Source: Erysipelotrichales bacterium
GTDB taxonomy: Bacteria; Bacillota_I; Bacilli_A; RFN20; CAG-826
Length of the DNA: 64,000 bases
Assembly (NCBI GenBank): GCA_022508525.1
Contig: JAFLVA010000004.1
Location: 26,025 to 90,024 of the forward strand
Reading direction: 5' to 3'
This document shows, piece by piece, positions 18,143-28,718 of the stretch (within the stretch, counting starts at the first letter, position 1; each line of letters begins with the position of its first letter). A program made the position numbers and the translations under genes. The notes under the pieces are model-generated. The model was not told where the DNA came from. It worked only from the letters and a program-made list of their open reading frames with translations, and did no database searches.

Positions 18143-18786
18143 AATTGATTAATCCTTTCAATTTTTTTTGATATTTCATCTTTTTTTTCTTTTGGAAGTT
18201 CTTTATTTATTAGATTATATAATTTAGTTAGTGTCTCTTGATATTTCTTTTGAAATATAGCGTTCTTTTCTTTTCTTAAAATCGGACCAAATTCATAATC
18301 TAATTCATTGTAAATTACATTTCCTTTTACAAACTTTATTATTTCATAATAATGTCTTTCAAAGATTATTTTCTCATCTAATATCTTATATCCTAAATCA
18401 CAAACGCATTTTCGCAATTCTTTTTCGTTAGTGTTTGGTGCTAAAATCAATGTTTCAACATTATTTAATTTTTCTTTGTGCTTAGATAAAATATCAATAA
18501 TTAAGTCTCCACCCATACCAGCAATTACAATTGCATCAATATAATCTGGTAGTTTGGATATTCCATCCGATAAGGACACAGTAACATTACTAAATTCATT
18601 GCCTTCAATAGCATTTTTTAAAATATTAAATGGTCCTACTTTATTATCATTGCAAAATATTTTATTACATTTGTTATTTTTCGCTAGTTCTATTACTAAT
18701 TGGCCATGATCTGCACCAATATCAGCAAGATTAGAACCATTATCGACAAATGTATATATTTCACTTAATCTCTTTGATAAACTCAT
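18139..18786 (-). CDS. trmK: tRNA (adenine22-N1)-methyltransferase TrmK (YqfN)
   Basis: SAM-MTase fold ADIGADHGQL and AGMGG. Immediately upstream of sigA, as in B. subtilis. Confidence 0.7.
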   Translation of the reverse strand: MSLSKRLSEIYTFVDNGSNLADIGADHGQLVIELAKNNKCNKIFCNDNKVGPFNILKNAIEGNEFSNVTVSLSDGISKLPDYIDAIVIAGMGGDLIIDILSKHKEKLNNVETLILAPNTNEKELRKCVCDLGYKILDEKIIFERHYYEIIKFVKGNVIYNELDYEFGPILRKEKNAIFQKKYQETLTKLYNLINKELPKEKKDEISKKIERINQL

Positions 18787-20001
18787 TTATTTTGCATCAC
18801 GGTAGTCACCGAAACGCTTTGCACGAGTTGGATGACGTAACTTTCTAATAGCTTTTGCTTCGATTTGTCTAATACGTTCACGTGTGACGCCAAATTCTCT
18901 ACCAACCTCTTCTAGAGTATGTGGGCGATTATCATCAAGTCCATATCTTAAACGCAAAACTCTTTCCTCACGATCAGTCAAATCTTTCATGACTGCGTAT
19001 AACTCATCTTTTAATAATGATTTAGTCGCATATTCTGTTGGAGACTCAGTATCTTTATCTTCGATAAAATCACCTAAACGTGAATCATCTTCTTCACCAA
19101 TTGGTGTTTCAAGTGAAACAGGATCAATAGCGATGCTTTGAATTTCACGTATTCTTTCAGGAGATAATAATCCCTCCATTTTTTCTGAAATTTCTTCAGC
19201 TGTTGGTTCACGACCTAACTCTTGCACTAATAAGCGTTGAACTCTTGTCATCTTATTGATAGTTTCAACCATATGTACTGGAATTCTAATTGTACGTGCT
19301 TGATCAGCAATCGCTCTTGTAATAGATTGTCTAATCCACCATGTTGCATAAGTTGAAAATTTAAAACCTTTAGTATAGTCGAACTTTGAAACAGCTTTGA
19401 TAAGTCCTAAATTACCTTCTTGAATTAAATCAAGAAGGAACATACCACGTCCTACATAGTTTTTTGCAATATTAATTACTAAACGTAAGTTAGCAGTAAT
19501 AAGTCTATTTTTAGCCTCTTCATCACCCTCAGCACAAAGACGAGCAACTTCTTGTTCTTCATCACCCAATAATTTTACTTTGCCAATTTCTTTTAGATAT
19601 AATTTAACTGAGTCGTTGACCTTAACATCAGAGCTAGCGTATTTATCGATATCTTCGATATCTTCATCAAGACTTTCTTTGACATAAGATTCACCTAAGA
19701 ATTCATCATCATCGATAATTGAACTACTATCATTAAGTGTTTCTTCACTTAAATCAATATTATCTACATCTTCTTCCTCATCGAGATCTTCATCTTCATC
19801 AGTAACTACATCAATCTTTTTTGCTGCAAAGAATTCAAGTAAATCTTCTAAGTCAGCATCAGATAATTCTAAATGCGAAGTAGCATCAAAAATTTCTTCT
19901 TGACGAAGTGATCCATTTTCTTGCCCTTTTTTTAATAATTTTTCTTTGACTTCTTCTAGTCCTTCAATTTCAGAGTCTAATAATTTTTTCTTACGTCCCA
20001 T
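18787..20001 (-). CDS. sigA: Primary RNA polymerase sigma factor SigA (RpoD)
   Basis: Acidic N-terminal region then regions 1.2 to 4.2 ([64 protein letters not shown]). Confidence 0.9.
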   Translation of the reverse strand: MGRKKKLLDSEIEGLEEVKEKLLKKGQENGSLRQEEIFDATSHLELSDADLEDLLEFFAAKKIDVVTDEDEDLDEEEDVDNIDLSEETLNDSSSIIDDDEFLGESYVKESLDEDIEDIDKYASSDVKVNDSVKLYLKEIGKVKLLGDEEQEVARLCAEGDEEAKNRLITANLRLVINIAKNYVGRGMFLLDLIQEGNLGLIKAVSKFDYTKGFKFSTYATWWIRQSITRAIADQARTIRIPVHMVETINKMTRVQRLLVQELGREPTAEEISEKMEGLLSPERIREIQSIAIDPVSLETPIGEEDDSRLGDFIEDKDTESPTEYATKSLLKDELYAVMKDLTDREERVLRLRYGLDDNRPHTLEEVGREFGVTRERIRQIEAKAIRKLRHPTRAKRFGDYRDAK

Positions 20002-20003
20002 AA

Positions 20004-21812
20004 TTAATTCTCCCCTTTTTTTGCTTTATTTAATCGCTCATTAATTTTGCGATTGTGTTCCAATAGTATTTGTAATTTTTCTTTTTCTGTCTTTCCTTCA
20101 CTTGACTTTTCAAAGATGAATTTATCGTATTCTTTCGCTCGTTCTTCATTAATTATTTGTAAATATTCGTTTAATAAATCTAAGCTATATTTTGGATATC
20201 GTTTTTCTAGTGAAAGATCGGTAATTTCTGCGACAACTTTATCTTTTAATTCATCATCAGATTGCGAAATAACACTTATTAATGCATTCAAATTCATATC
20301 GTCATGATTACGATTATAATCGACAATGTAACTAGCAATTCTTGCAAATATTTCATCTGACAATGGAACATTTTTATTACTATAAAAATCAATAGCTTCA
20401 TTTGAATTAAGCATTTGATATACAAATGCTTTTTCAGTTAATTGCAAGCGACGAAGTACCTTTCGTTCAGGATGAATATCAACAAATGAAGTATTTACAA
20501 TTTCGTTGTTTTGCTTTTTATATTTCTGAATTGTATTAGCAATGACTTTCCGATCAAATTTAGTTAATTTTGCAATATTAACAATATAATCTTCTAATTC
20601 TAATTCATTATTTACATTTTTTAAAAATGGTAAGAAATCAATAATAAACTTTTTTCTTTCATCAATTGTGCTAAGGCTATTTGTACTTGAAAAATAATTT
20701 AGTGCAAATTGAACTTTATCAATTAAAAGTGTTAACCATTTTTTTAATTTGTCATCTCCATATTTTTCAAGAATCTCATCAGCATCTTTTGGCCCTGTTG
20801 ATCTTCGAACTATTCGATATTTAAGCCCTGCTTTGTCAAACATTTCTATGGCCTTTAATGTCGCCATTTGTCCTGGATTATCAGAATCAAGGCAAAGTCT
20901 AATTTCAACGTTTAGCCTTTTTAATAATGCTACTTGATTCATTGTTAAAGCAGTTCCCATTAAAGCTACTGATGATTTAATACCAGCACGGTATAAAGCA
21001 ATAACATCCATAAAACCTTCTAAAACATAGCAATAACCATCAAGTCTAGATGTTTTTTTAGCTTCATGGTAGTTATAAATTATATTTCCTTTTTGAAATA
21101 AAACAGTTTCTTGAGTATTAACATACTTTGCTTCATCACTATCTTTAATACGTCGTGCAGAATAACCAACAACACGACCATTAATATCTTTTAATGGAAA
21201 GATAACTCGTCCAAAGTTTTTATCAATATATTGTCCATTACTATGACCTGCTACGCCAACTGTTTCTATATCTTTTAAAGAGTGATTTTTTGCAGAAAGG
21301 TATTGAATTGATAAACTAGGATTATTAGGACAAAAACCAATGTTAAATTGACGTATAACATCATCGTCTATTTTTCTTTCTCTTAAGTAGTTTCGTCCTT
21401 CTTCTCCCTCTTTTGCTAATAATGACATTTGATAAAATGATGTCAAATCAGCTAATGTTTTATACAATCTCTCATTTTCTTCATCTATTTGAGTTCTCTT
21501 TTTGTCCTTTATTAATGCCTCATTTGAATAGCCAACTAATTCCGCTAATTTACGAACAGCGTCATCAAAGGATATATTTTCAAATTTTTGAATAAAGGTT
21601 ATCGCATTTCCACCTGTACCACAAACAAAGCATTTAAATATTTGTTTGTCTTTAGATATCATCATTGATGGATTTTTATCATCATGAAACGGACAGATTG
21701 CAGTGTAATTGCGCCCCTTTTTTATTACATTGATGTACGACGAAATGACATCAACAATATCAGCACGACTTAATACTTCATCAATTATATTTTGCGGTAG
21801 CATTGATGTCAC
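20004..21812 (-). CDS. dnaG: DNA primase DnaG
   Basis: CHC2 zinc finger ([11 protein letters not shown]...CFVCG) and TOPRIM domain ([15 protein letters not shown]). dnaG-sigA operon order. Confidence 0.9.
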   Translation of the reverse strand: MTSMLPQNIIDEVLSRADIVDVISSYINVIKKGRNYTAICPFHDDKNPSMMISKDKQIFKCFVCGTGGNAITFIQKFENISFDDAVRKLAELVGYSNEALIKDKKRTQIDEENERLYKTLADLTSFYQMSLLAKEGEEGRNYLRERKIDDDVIRQFNIGFCPNNPSLSIQYLSAKNHSLKDIETVGVAGHSNGQYIDKNFGRVIFPLKDINGRVVGYSARRIKDSDEAKYVNTQETVLFQKGNIIYNYHEAKKTSRLDGYCYVLEGFMDVIALYRAGIKSSVALMGTALTMNQVALLKRLNVEIRLCLDSDNPGQMATLKAIEMFDKAGLKYRIVRRSTGPKDADEILEKYGDDKLKKWLTLLIDKVQFALNYFSSTNSLSTIDERKKFIIDFLPFLKNVNNELELEDYIVNIAKLTKFDRKVIANTIQKYKKQNNEIVNTSFVDIHPERKVLRRLQLTEKAFVYQMLNSNEAIDFYSNKNVPLSDEIFARIASYIVDYNRNHDDMNLNALISVISQSDDELKDKVVAEITDLSLEKRYPKYSLDLLNEYLQIINEERAKEYDKFIFEKSSEGKTEKEKLQILLEHNRKINERLNKAKKGEN

Positions 21813-21832
21813 TCCCTTTCTATTTATTCATT

Positions 21833-23203
21833 TTAGAAGAATACTTTTTCTTGAATATATGCGATTAATTGATCAATTCTTAAACGTATTTGTTCCATTG
21901 AATCACGTTCTCTAATAGTTACTGATTGATCATTTTCAGTATCAAAATCAATTGTGATACAGAATGGTGTACCTATTGCATCTTGACGTCTATATCTTTT
22001 ACCAATACTTCCTGCTTCATCATAAGTAACAGGGAAATGTTTAGCAAGCATCTCATAAATTTCTCTTGCTTTTGTAGATAATTGCTTAGATAGTGGCAAA
22101 ATACAAGCTTTATATGGTGCAACTGCATAATTTAAATGCATAACAATTCTTGTATCGTTTTCCAATTGTTCTTCATCATAGGAATTACATAAAAGTGCCA
22201 ATACTAGACGGTCACAACCTAAAGATGGTTCAACGCAATATGGAATAATTTTTGTATTTGTTTCTTGGTCTAAATACTCTAATGATTCTTTAGAATAATC
22301 CATATGTCGTTTTAAATCATAGTCAGTACGGTCAGCAATTCCCCATAATTCTCCCCATCCAAATGGGAATAAGAATTCAATATCTGTAGTAGCTTTTGAA
22401 TAAAATGCTAATTCTTCTTTTTCATGGTCTCTAAATCTTAAGACATCATCATTTAATCCTAAATCATTTAAAAATGTTTTAGCATAGCTTTTCCAATAAT
22501 TGAACCATTCTAGATCTGTACCAGGTTTACAGAAAAATTCCATTTCCATTTGTTCAAATTCTCTTGTTCTAAATGTAAAATTACCTGGAGTAATTTCATT
22601 TCTAAATGATTTTCCTATATTACATATACCAATAGGAAGTTTTCTTCTTGTAGTACGAACTACATTCTTAAAGTTAACAAACATTCCCTGAGCTGTTTCC
22701 GGTCTTAAATACACTGTAGATTTTGAATCTTCAGTGACGCCGATATGAGTTTTAAACATCATATTAAACTGACGAATATCAGTGAAGTTTGATTTGCCAC
22801 AATTTGGACAATTAACGTGATGTTCACGAATAAATGCCATCATTTCGTCATTAGTCATTTTATTAACATTAACTTCCGGATGAGAATCTTCAATTAGTTT
22901 ATCAGCACGATGTCTAGTTTTACATTCTTTACAGTCGATAAGTGGATCGTTAAAAGTTGAAACGTGACCAGTAGCTTCCCAAACGCGAGGATTCATTAAA
23001 ATCGCAGCGTCCATACCAACATTAGTAGGTGATTCTTGAACAAATCTCTTCCACCATAATTTTTTTACATTATTTTTTAACTCAACTCCCAATGGACCAT
23101 AATCCCAAGTGTTTGATAATCCACCATAGATTTCAGAACCTTGATATACATAGCCTTGAGTTTGTAAGTGAGTAACAATTTTTTCAAAATCGTGTTTTGC
23201 CAT
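21833..23203 (-). CDS. glyQS: Glycine--tRNA ligase, single-chain class II form
   Basis: GlyRS-type HIGH-less class II motifs; [10 protein letters not shown] start at 23203 after GGAGG RBS (track start 23230). Confidence 0.9.
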   Translation of the reverse strand: MAKHDFEKIVTHLQTQGYVYQGSEIYGGLSNTWDYGPLGVELKNNVKKLWWKRFVQESPTNVGMDAAILMNPRVWEATGHVSTFNDPLIDCKECKTRHRADKLIEDSHPEVNVNKMTNDEMMAFIREHHVNCPNCGKSNFTDIRQFNMMFKTHIGVTEDSKSTVYLRPETAQGMFVNFKNVVRTTRRKLPIGICNIGKSFRNEITPGNFTFRTREFEQMEMEFFCKPGTDLEWFNYWKSYAKTFLNDLGLNDDVLRFRDHEKEELAFYSKATTDIEFLFPFGWGELWGIADRTDYDLKRHMDYSKESLEYLDQETNTKIIPYCVEPSLGCDRLVLALLCNSYDEEQLENDTRIVMHLNYAVAPYKACILPLSKQLSTKAREIYEMLAKHFPVTYDEAGSIGKRYRRQDAIGTPFCITIDFDTENDQSVTIRERDSMEQIRLRIDQLIAYIQEKVFF

Positions 23204-23279
23204 AAAAAAAACCTCCACAAAATCGCACAATGGAGATTATAAATAATATGTAAAAAAATGTCAACACACTATGAGTGTA

Positions 23280-24005
23280 TTATTGTAAAATTTTCCCTAA
23301 AAGTTCATAACTTTTTAGTTTCATATCAAGTTGACTACATAAAAAACCATATAATTCTTTAAATAGAGTTCTAGATTCGAATTCTGGAAGCACTTTATTT
23401 ATTGTTTCGGAAATATCAGTGATAAAGATGTATCGTGCCAATTTTATATATAGCGGTGTCTTGATTGTATCAGATGGTCCTAAGCATTTTCTACAAACAA
23501 ATCCGCCATCATCAAAAGATAATGTAATTATCTCTTTTCGACTTCCACATCTTACACATTCATCAACATCTATTTTTAAGCCAACTAAACTTAAAATATT
23601 TGCAAGATAAACAAGTCTTATTGTAACTAAATCTCCTTGGTTTACAATGCTATCAAGGGCCAACAATGCACAATTATACACTTTAGATTTGTTGTCGTCA
23701 TCTAAAGTTTTTTTTGCTAATTCGACAATAAACCCTAAAGTTAACATTGCATCTATATTTTCATATACATTTTTTAGTGACTTAAGAATACGACCACTTT
23801 TGAGCGTATAATATCCACTTCGACGATTCTCAGAAAGATCAACACTCACAAAGTTATATAATTGGCAAATAGATGATAATTTAGAATCAATTTTAAATAT
23901 ACCATGCGCATTAAAAGTTATGAAACCATCAGCAGTTAATAAGTTGACAATTCCATCTGATTCACGATATTGCACGATACTTGCAATGATTCCCTCAATT
24001 TCCAT
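23280..24005 (-). CDS. recO: DNA repair protein RecO
   Basis: N-terminal OB fold then zinc-finger CVRCGS...CRKCLG. era-recO order conserved. Confidence 0.8.
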   Translation of the reverse strand: MEIEGIIASIVQYRESDGIVNLLTADGFITFNAHGIFKIDSKLSSICQLYNFVSVDLSENRRSGYYTLKSGRILKSLKNVYENIDAMLTLGFIVELAKKTLDDDNKSKVYNCALLALDSIVNQGDLVTIRLVYLANILSLVGLKIDVDECVRCGSRKEIITLSFDDGGFVCRKCLGPSDTIKTPLYIKLARYIFITDISETINKVLPEFESRTLFKELYGFLCSQLDMKLKSYELLGKILQ

Positions 24006-24007
24006 AT

Positions 24008-24886
24008 TTATTTATCTTGATAGCCAAATTCTCTCAAACAACGCAATGAATTACGCCATTCCTCTTCCACTCGTACAAAAGTTGTAAGTCTTACTCCAGC
24101 ATTTAAATAATTTTCAATATCAACGCGAGCAAGAGAGCCAATCTTTTTAATCATTTTTCCGCCTTTTCCAATAACAATTCCTTTTTGTGAATCTCTTTCA
24201 ACAACAATAGTAGCGGAAATTTCATATTTATCCTTTTTTTGTTCCATTTTTTCAACATAAACAGCCACAGAATGTGGAATTTCTTGTTTTGTTAATAAAA
24301 GTATTTTTTCTCTAATTATTTCAGATATTACAAATTCATCATTCTTGTCCGTAACTTGACTTCTTTCAAAATATAATGGTCCTTCTGGTAATAGAGACTT
24401 TAATTCTAAAATCAAATCATCCACTAATATATTTTTTAGTGCAGAAACTTCTAATATCTTTGCATCAGTAAAAATTTCACGATATTTTGCCTTTAATCTC
24501 GTAATAAGATCAATATTTGTTAAATCAATTTTGTTAAACACAATAAATATTGGTGCATTACTTTGAATATGGTCAATTAGATATTGATCTCCTTCACCAA
24601 ATTCTAATGATGCATCGACAAGCAAAATTATTGCTTCAACATCTCTAGTAGATGCAAAAGCAACTTTATTCATATATTCTCCTAATTTAAAATATGGTTT
24701 ATGTATACCTGGTGTGTCCACAAAAACAATTTGTGATTCTTCATCATTATACACACCCATAATTGAGTTTCTTGTAGTTTGTGGTTTAGGAGATATTATA
24801 GATATTTTTTTATTTAAGATGGCATTTAATAATGTTGACTTACCAACATTAGGACGGCCTATTAACGCAACAAATCCACTTTTCAT
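24008..24886 (-). CDS. era: GTPase Era
   Basis: G1 GRPNVGKST, G3 DTPG, G4 NKID and C-terminal KH domain (GQKGIVIGKGG). Confidence 0.9.
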   Translation of the reverse strand: MKSGFVALIGRPNVGKSTLLNAILNKKISIISPKPQTTRNSIMGVYNDEESQIVFVDTPGIHKPYFKLGEYMNKVAFASTRDVEAIILLVDASLEFGEGDQYLIDHIQSNAPIFIVFNKIDLTNIDLITRLKAKYREIFTDAKILEVSALKNILVDDLILELKSLLPEGPLYFERSQVTDKNDEFVISEIIREKILLLTKQEIPHSVAVYVEKMEQKKDKYEISATIVVERDSQKGIVIGKGGKMIKKIGSLARVDIENYLNAGVRLTTFVRVEEEWRNSLRCLREFGYQDK

Positions 24887-25284
24887 TGTAAATCACTCGA
24901 ATCAAAAGCAAAAGGTAATAATTCACTTATTGTTGTTTCTTTAATCTTACCATTCATATTAGCCATAATAATTTTTCCATCACTTGGAAAAAGTTCAGAA
25001 ATTACTTGACGGCAAGCGCCACATGGAGTACAAACATCATCTGTATCTGCCACTAAAGCCAAGACCAATAAATCATTCTTTTTATAGCCGTCCATATAAG
25101 CATTATATAAAGCATTACGCTCAGCGCACATACATAATGGGTAACTAGCATTTTCAATATTTGCACCAAAGTATTGTTTACCATCTTTGGTTATAACTAC
25201 TGCACCAACAGCAAAGTGTGAATATGGGGAATAAGACAATTTGCGTCCTTCCTTAGCTAAAGCAACAATTTCTTCATTAGTCAT
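24883..25284 (-). CDS. cdd: Cytidine deaminase
   Basis: Zinc ligands CAERNA and PCGACRQ. 4-nt overlap with era. Confidence 0.85.
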   Translation of the reverse strand: MTNEEIVALAKEGRKLSYSPYSHFAVGAVVITKDGKQYFGANIENASYPLCMCAERNALYNAYMDGYKKNDLLVLALVADTDDVCTPCGACRQVISELFPSDGKIIMANMNGKIKETTISELLPFAFDSSDLQ

Positions 25285-25741
25285 TTTTTTGTCCTCCTAA
25301 TTTTAAAATTTCTTCTTGCAAACCAAACATTACTTCTTCATCTTCTTTTTTCATGTGATCATATCCTAGCAAGTGCAACAGGCCATGAACAAACAAAAAA
25401 CTCATTTCACGAATTAAAGAATGTCCATATTCTTCAGCTTGCTCTTTTGCCTTATCAACGGAGATGATAATTTCTCCTAATAATGTTTTAACATCACCTT
25501 TGATTTTTACTTCACCATCAATTTCATCAAGAAAGGCAAAACTTATAACATCAGTAGGTCGATCTATCTTACGATATTCTTTATTAATTTCATGAATTGT
25601 TTCATTGTTAACAAGATTTACATCGACTTCGTAATCGGCTTTGATGTTTAAGTGCTCAAAAGCCTTAATCATTAAATTTTCATAGATAGTTTCGTATTCA
25701 TTAAAATTTTCATCATATTCATTTTCAAAAACAAGTAACAT
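25277..25741 (-). CDS. ybeY: Endoribonuclease YbeY (rRNA maturation factor)
   Basis: Metal-binding HGLLHLLGYDH motif; GGTGA RBS. Confidence 0.85.
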   Translation of the reverse strand: MLLVFENEYDENFNEYETIYENLMIKAFEHLNIKADYEVDVNLVNNETIHEINKEYRKIDRPTDVISFAFLDEIDGEVKIKGDVKTLLGEIIISVDKAKEQAEEYGHSLIREMSFLFVHGLLHLLGYDHMKKEDEEVMFGLQEEILKLGGQKND

Positions 25742-25759
25742 TTGATCACCATTATTATT

Positions 25760-25778
25760 TTATCACATTACGTGATAA
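25760..25778. promoter_or_regulatory. Perfect inverted repeat TTATCAC-N5-GTGATAA overlapping putative -10 of the ybeY operon
   Basis: 7-bp perfect arms with 5-nt spacer, 19-37 nt upstream of the ybeY start; overlaps a TAAAAT-like -10 read on the minus strand. Confidence 0.3.
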
Positions 25779-25948
25779 ATAAATATAAATAATTTATGCT
25801 CGTTTAGTATATATATCACATTAATTTAAGGGATACATCACATATAAATTTTCTATTTTTAGTATTAAAGCTATTACATACATTAAAAATATCTTTTTTG
25901 TTGATAGCGTACCTAAATGGAATACAGTACAAGTAGTTACTATTGCTT

Positions 25949-25975
25949 AAAAAAAACACGCTAGAGATAGTGTTA
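25949..25975 (-). terminator. Putative terminator after the C39-like gene
   Basis: Stem AACAC/GTGTT with 10-nt loop, followed on the minus strand by a T8 run (plus-strand A-run 25949-25956). Weak stem. Confidence 0.35.
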
Positions 25976-26018
25976 CTAGTAACTTTTTTTATTTCTTATT
26001 TTTATGTTTTTGTCACTA

Positions 26019-27125
26019 TTAGTTTTGATACTTATCAATTGCTATTTTTCTTCGTATTATTTCATTACGAGCTTCATCAAATGATAAAAGATTTTTTGAA
26101 AGCACTAATGCTCCAAACATTAAAGAAAATTGCATAAGGAAAAAATCAATTCCAACTAAGTCATTTAATTTCATCATATAAAACACAAATATCGCTATAA
26201 AAACAGAAAACATAGCTATGATTAAAGTCACTTTGTTCCCATATTTAATTGCTGATTTATTAATATCGTTCAAATCATGTCTACATTGTTCTAAATATTC
26301 TATTTTACGAGATTCGTATTTTAATTCCGAATTTAACAAATAATAAAGTCCAATTATAACCAATATAAAAAACACATTTAAATATCCAAAGGCATAAGAA
26401 TTATTCATCATAATTATCAAAGCAAAAAACATTACTATCCGAGATGGTGTATTTGTAATATTACTTATCATATATTTTTGATAACTACTAACGTCTAATA
26501 AATTTTCATAATTTAAATTATACGTCACATTTGTTTCTTTGATAAATTTTTGACTAGCAATTTTTTGTAGAAGCAAAGAAATCATTCCAAGACCTACTAT
26601 TAAAAAGAATAATGCATAATCATTAATGAACATTAATGAAATAAAAAACAGCGTAGCGGCCACAGAATTGAAAATCAAGGAAAATAATAAATTTATGTCT
26701 GTTTTTCCTTTTTTAATTGCATATTTTTTGCGCTGGTGCTCACTAATAATCATAATATTATGATTAAATACTTCACTAAATTCTTCAAATGATAAAATAA
26801 TTTCTCCAACACTTGGATCAAAAATATAATATTTATTATTTTTAATTTTATTGAGTAAAATAAAATGTTCACATTTAGCCTTTTTTATTTGGCAAATCAT
26901 TGGAAATGTAAAACTATCCAAAGTATCAATATCGTCTATTTTATATCCTTCTAATCCGAGTTGATGCTCCTTTGCAATTTCTTTTAAATCCAGTAAAGAA
27001 TACTTTCTTCCCTTTAACTCTGGCATAAGCAAATAATTCTTATCTCGATTTACATTTGCTAGCATAACCTTTAAAACAACAAAACCACAATCATAAGTAT
27101 TACTTTGTAATATTTGATATCGCAT
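26019..27125 (-). CDS. Peptidase C39-like domain fused to a multi-TM membrane domain, no ABC ATPase
   Basis: N-terminal QSNTYDCGFVVLKVML (Gln/Cys of C39) and HFILLNKIKNNKYYIFDPSVG (His motif), then about 5 hydrophobic helices. Start MRYQIL at 27125, GGAGG RBS 7 nt upstream. Lies where B. subtilis has phoH/yqfF. Confidence 0.6.
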   Translation of the reverse strand: MRYQILQSNTYDCGFVVLKVMLANVNRDKNYLLMPELKGRKYSLLDLKEIAKEHQLGLEGYKIDDIDTLDSFTFPMICQIKKAKCEHFILLNKIKNNKYYIFDPSVGEIILSFEEFSEVFNHNIMIISEHQRKKYAIKKGKTDINLLFSLIFNSVAATLFFISLMFINDYALFFLIVGLGMISLLLQKIASQKFIKETNVTYNLNYENLLDVSSYQKYMISNITNTPSRIVMFFALIIMMNNSYAFGYLNVFFILVIIGLYYLLNSELKYESRKIEYLEQCRHDLNDINKSAIKYGNKVTLIIAMFSVFIAIFVFYMMKLNDLVGIDFFLMQFSLMFGALVLSKNLLSFDEARNEIIRRKIAIDKYQN

Positions 27126-27161
27126 AAAATATCCTCCTATAATACTTATAGGCATGCAAAT

Positions 27162-28085
27162 TTAAATTCCGATATTTTCTAAGCAAGTAAAATGAATTTT
27201 TAGGTAATATTTATTTGTCGTACATTCGTACTTTAGAACATTTTCTTCTAATATTTTTTCTTCTAAAGCAAATCCCTTGCACATTGTATCTTTAGCACTT
27301 TGCATCGCTATTAGAAAGGTTTCAGCCTTATCGTTTGTCGCTTGACCATTTAATTCGATAATCGTCCAAGTTCTTGCATATACTTGTCCATATGCTCCTA
27401 CATATATCGAATTACCACTTGTGTCGATAATAGTGTCAGAAACTAATATTGTTCCTTGCGTCACATATTGTCCTTCTTCTACCATTTTTATTCCACTTGT
27501 TAAAACATAATGGGAAATGATTCCATTTTTTTTAGCGTACAACGAATTATTAGTACTTGGAATATCTACGCTATCTTTTCTAGTTTGATATCTTATACTC
27601 ACTATTGTTCCATTTTGTCTAACTTCGACAAAATCAATGTCATTGACATATTCTTTTTTTAAAACATTCTCAATATCAACTAATACTTGATATTTAGGAA
27701 TTCGTGCATATTTTTTTAATCCTAGTTCCTGACTTCTTTCATAAATCAATTCATTAAGTCTTGTATTTGTTCCAATAATTTTCACATTAGAAATTCTTGA
27801 ATTAAGATCAAAAAAGAATAATAAAGATATTAACAAAGCAATTATGGTAATCTTATTTACAAGGCTATTTCTTATTCTTCCTAATAGTCCTTGTCGTTTC
27901 AAAATTACACAATCCGGATATAATTTTTTTATTTTACGTTCATTGAACATATCTACTTCAAAAACAAAATCATAGTCGCCTGATTTTTTAAAATTATATA
28001 CAACGATATTATTGAACCTTAAATTCTCTAATATCACAAGTGATGAATACGAACGAATTTTAACTATTAGATGATTTTTATTCAT
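27162..28085 (-). CDS. yqfD: Sporulation protein YqfD-like
   Basis: Same architecture as B. subtilis YqfD: N-terminal domain, single TM, NVKIIGT, YAKKNGIISHYVLTSGIKMVEEGQYVTQGTILVSD (cf. VAKKKATITRMFVQKGQPMAAIHDHVEKGQLLVSG), AYGQVYARTW. Confidence 0.6.
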   Translation of the reverse strand: MNKNHLIVKIRSYSSLVILENLRFNNIVVYNFKKSGDYDFVFEVDMFNERKIKKLYPDCVILKRQGLLGRIRNSLVNKITIIALLISLLFFFDLNSRISNVKIIGTNTRLNELIYERSQELGLKKYARIPKYQVLVDIENVLKKEYVNDIDFVEVRQNGTIVSIRYQTRKDSVDIPSTNNSLYAKKNGIISHYVLTSGIKMVEEGQYVTQGTILVSDTIIDTSGNSIYVGAYGQVYARTWTIIELNGQATNDKAETFLIAMQSAKDTMCKGFALEEKILEENVLKYECTTNKYYLKIHFTCLENIGI

Positions 28086-28275
28086 ATATAATCTTTATTC
28101 CTTTAATTTTTCCCTTTATTTTTATTTCGTTCTTATCATAAAAGGCAATAGATAAATCATCGCCGCTTATTTCATAAGTAACTTTTTTCATTAAGACAAC
28201 GATGATATTATTTTCGATTTTTTTTAGTTTAATATAGTTTATAATTCTTGCCACAGATTCTTCAATGACTAGCAT
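28078..28275 (-). CDS. yqfC: Sporulation protein YqfC-like
   Basis: 65-aa protein with the repetitive IKGKIKGIKII pattern of YqfC; overlaps yqfD start by 8 nt as in the yqfC-yqfD operon. Confidence 0.5.
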   Translation of the reverse strand: MLVIEESVARIINYIKLKKIENNIIVVLMKKVTYEISGDDLSIAFYDKNEIKIKGKIKGIKIIYE

Positions 28276-28315
28276 ATCATCACCTTTAAATTGTATGTAT
28301 CTCGACTATAAAATA

Positions 28316-28342
28316 TTAAAAAAGCATTCGTAATGCGAATGC
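28316..28342 (-). terminator. Second hairpin/terminator between rpsU and yqfC
   Basis: Stem GCATTCG/CGAATGC (28324-28330/28336-28342), loop TAATG; minus-strand T-run follows. Confidence 0.4.
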
Positions 28343-28361
28343 TCATGTAAATTATATAAAT

Positions 28362-28384
28362 TAAAAAAGCACCATATGGTGCTT
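28362..28384 (-). terminator. Rho-independent terminator of rpsU
   Basis: Stem AGCACC/GGTGCT (28368-28373/28378-28383), loop ATAT, minus-strand T-run. Confidence 0.55.
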
Positions 28385-28388
28385 TGTA

Positions 28389-28562
28389 TTAATAAGATTT
28401 ACGTCTTGCTTGTTCTGATTTAAGTTTACGCTTAATACCAGGTTTCAAGTAATATTCACGTTTACGTGCTTCAGCGAGTGTACCTGCCTTATTAACTTGT
28501 CTTTTAAAACGGCGTAGTGCGTCATCTAGTGATTCGTTATCACGTACGATTGTTTTTGGCAT
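28389..28562 (-). CDS. rpsU: 30S ribosomal protein S21
   Basis: [57 protein letters not shown] is the S21 signature. GGAGGG RBS before ATG 28562 (track start 28601 is an upstream in-frame extension). Confidence 0.85.
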   Translation of the reverse strand: MPKTIVRDNESLDDALRRFKRQVNKAGTLAEARKREYYLKPGIKRKLKSEQARRKSY

Positions 28563-28685
28563 TTGTTTCCCTCCTTCTGAAGCCGATTGGCTAAACAACA
28601 TTGTAATTATACCATAGAAGATATGAATTGCAATAATTTTCTCTTAAAAATATTGTCAAATTGTCGATTTTAGTACGTTTTTTAA

Positions 28686-28712
28686 TATAAAAAGTGCAAT
28701 ATTTCATGCACT
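28686..28712 (-). terminator. Putative deoC terminator
   Basis: Stem AGTGCA/TGCACT (28693-28698/28706-28711), 7-nt loop, minus-strand T-run. Confidence 0.4.
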
Positions 28713-28718
28713 TATCAA

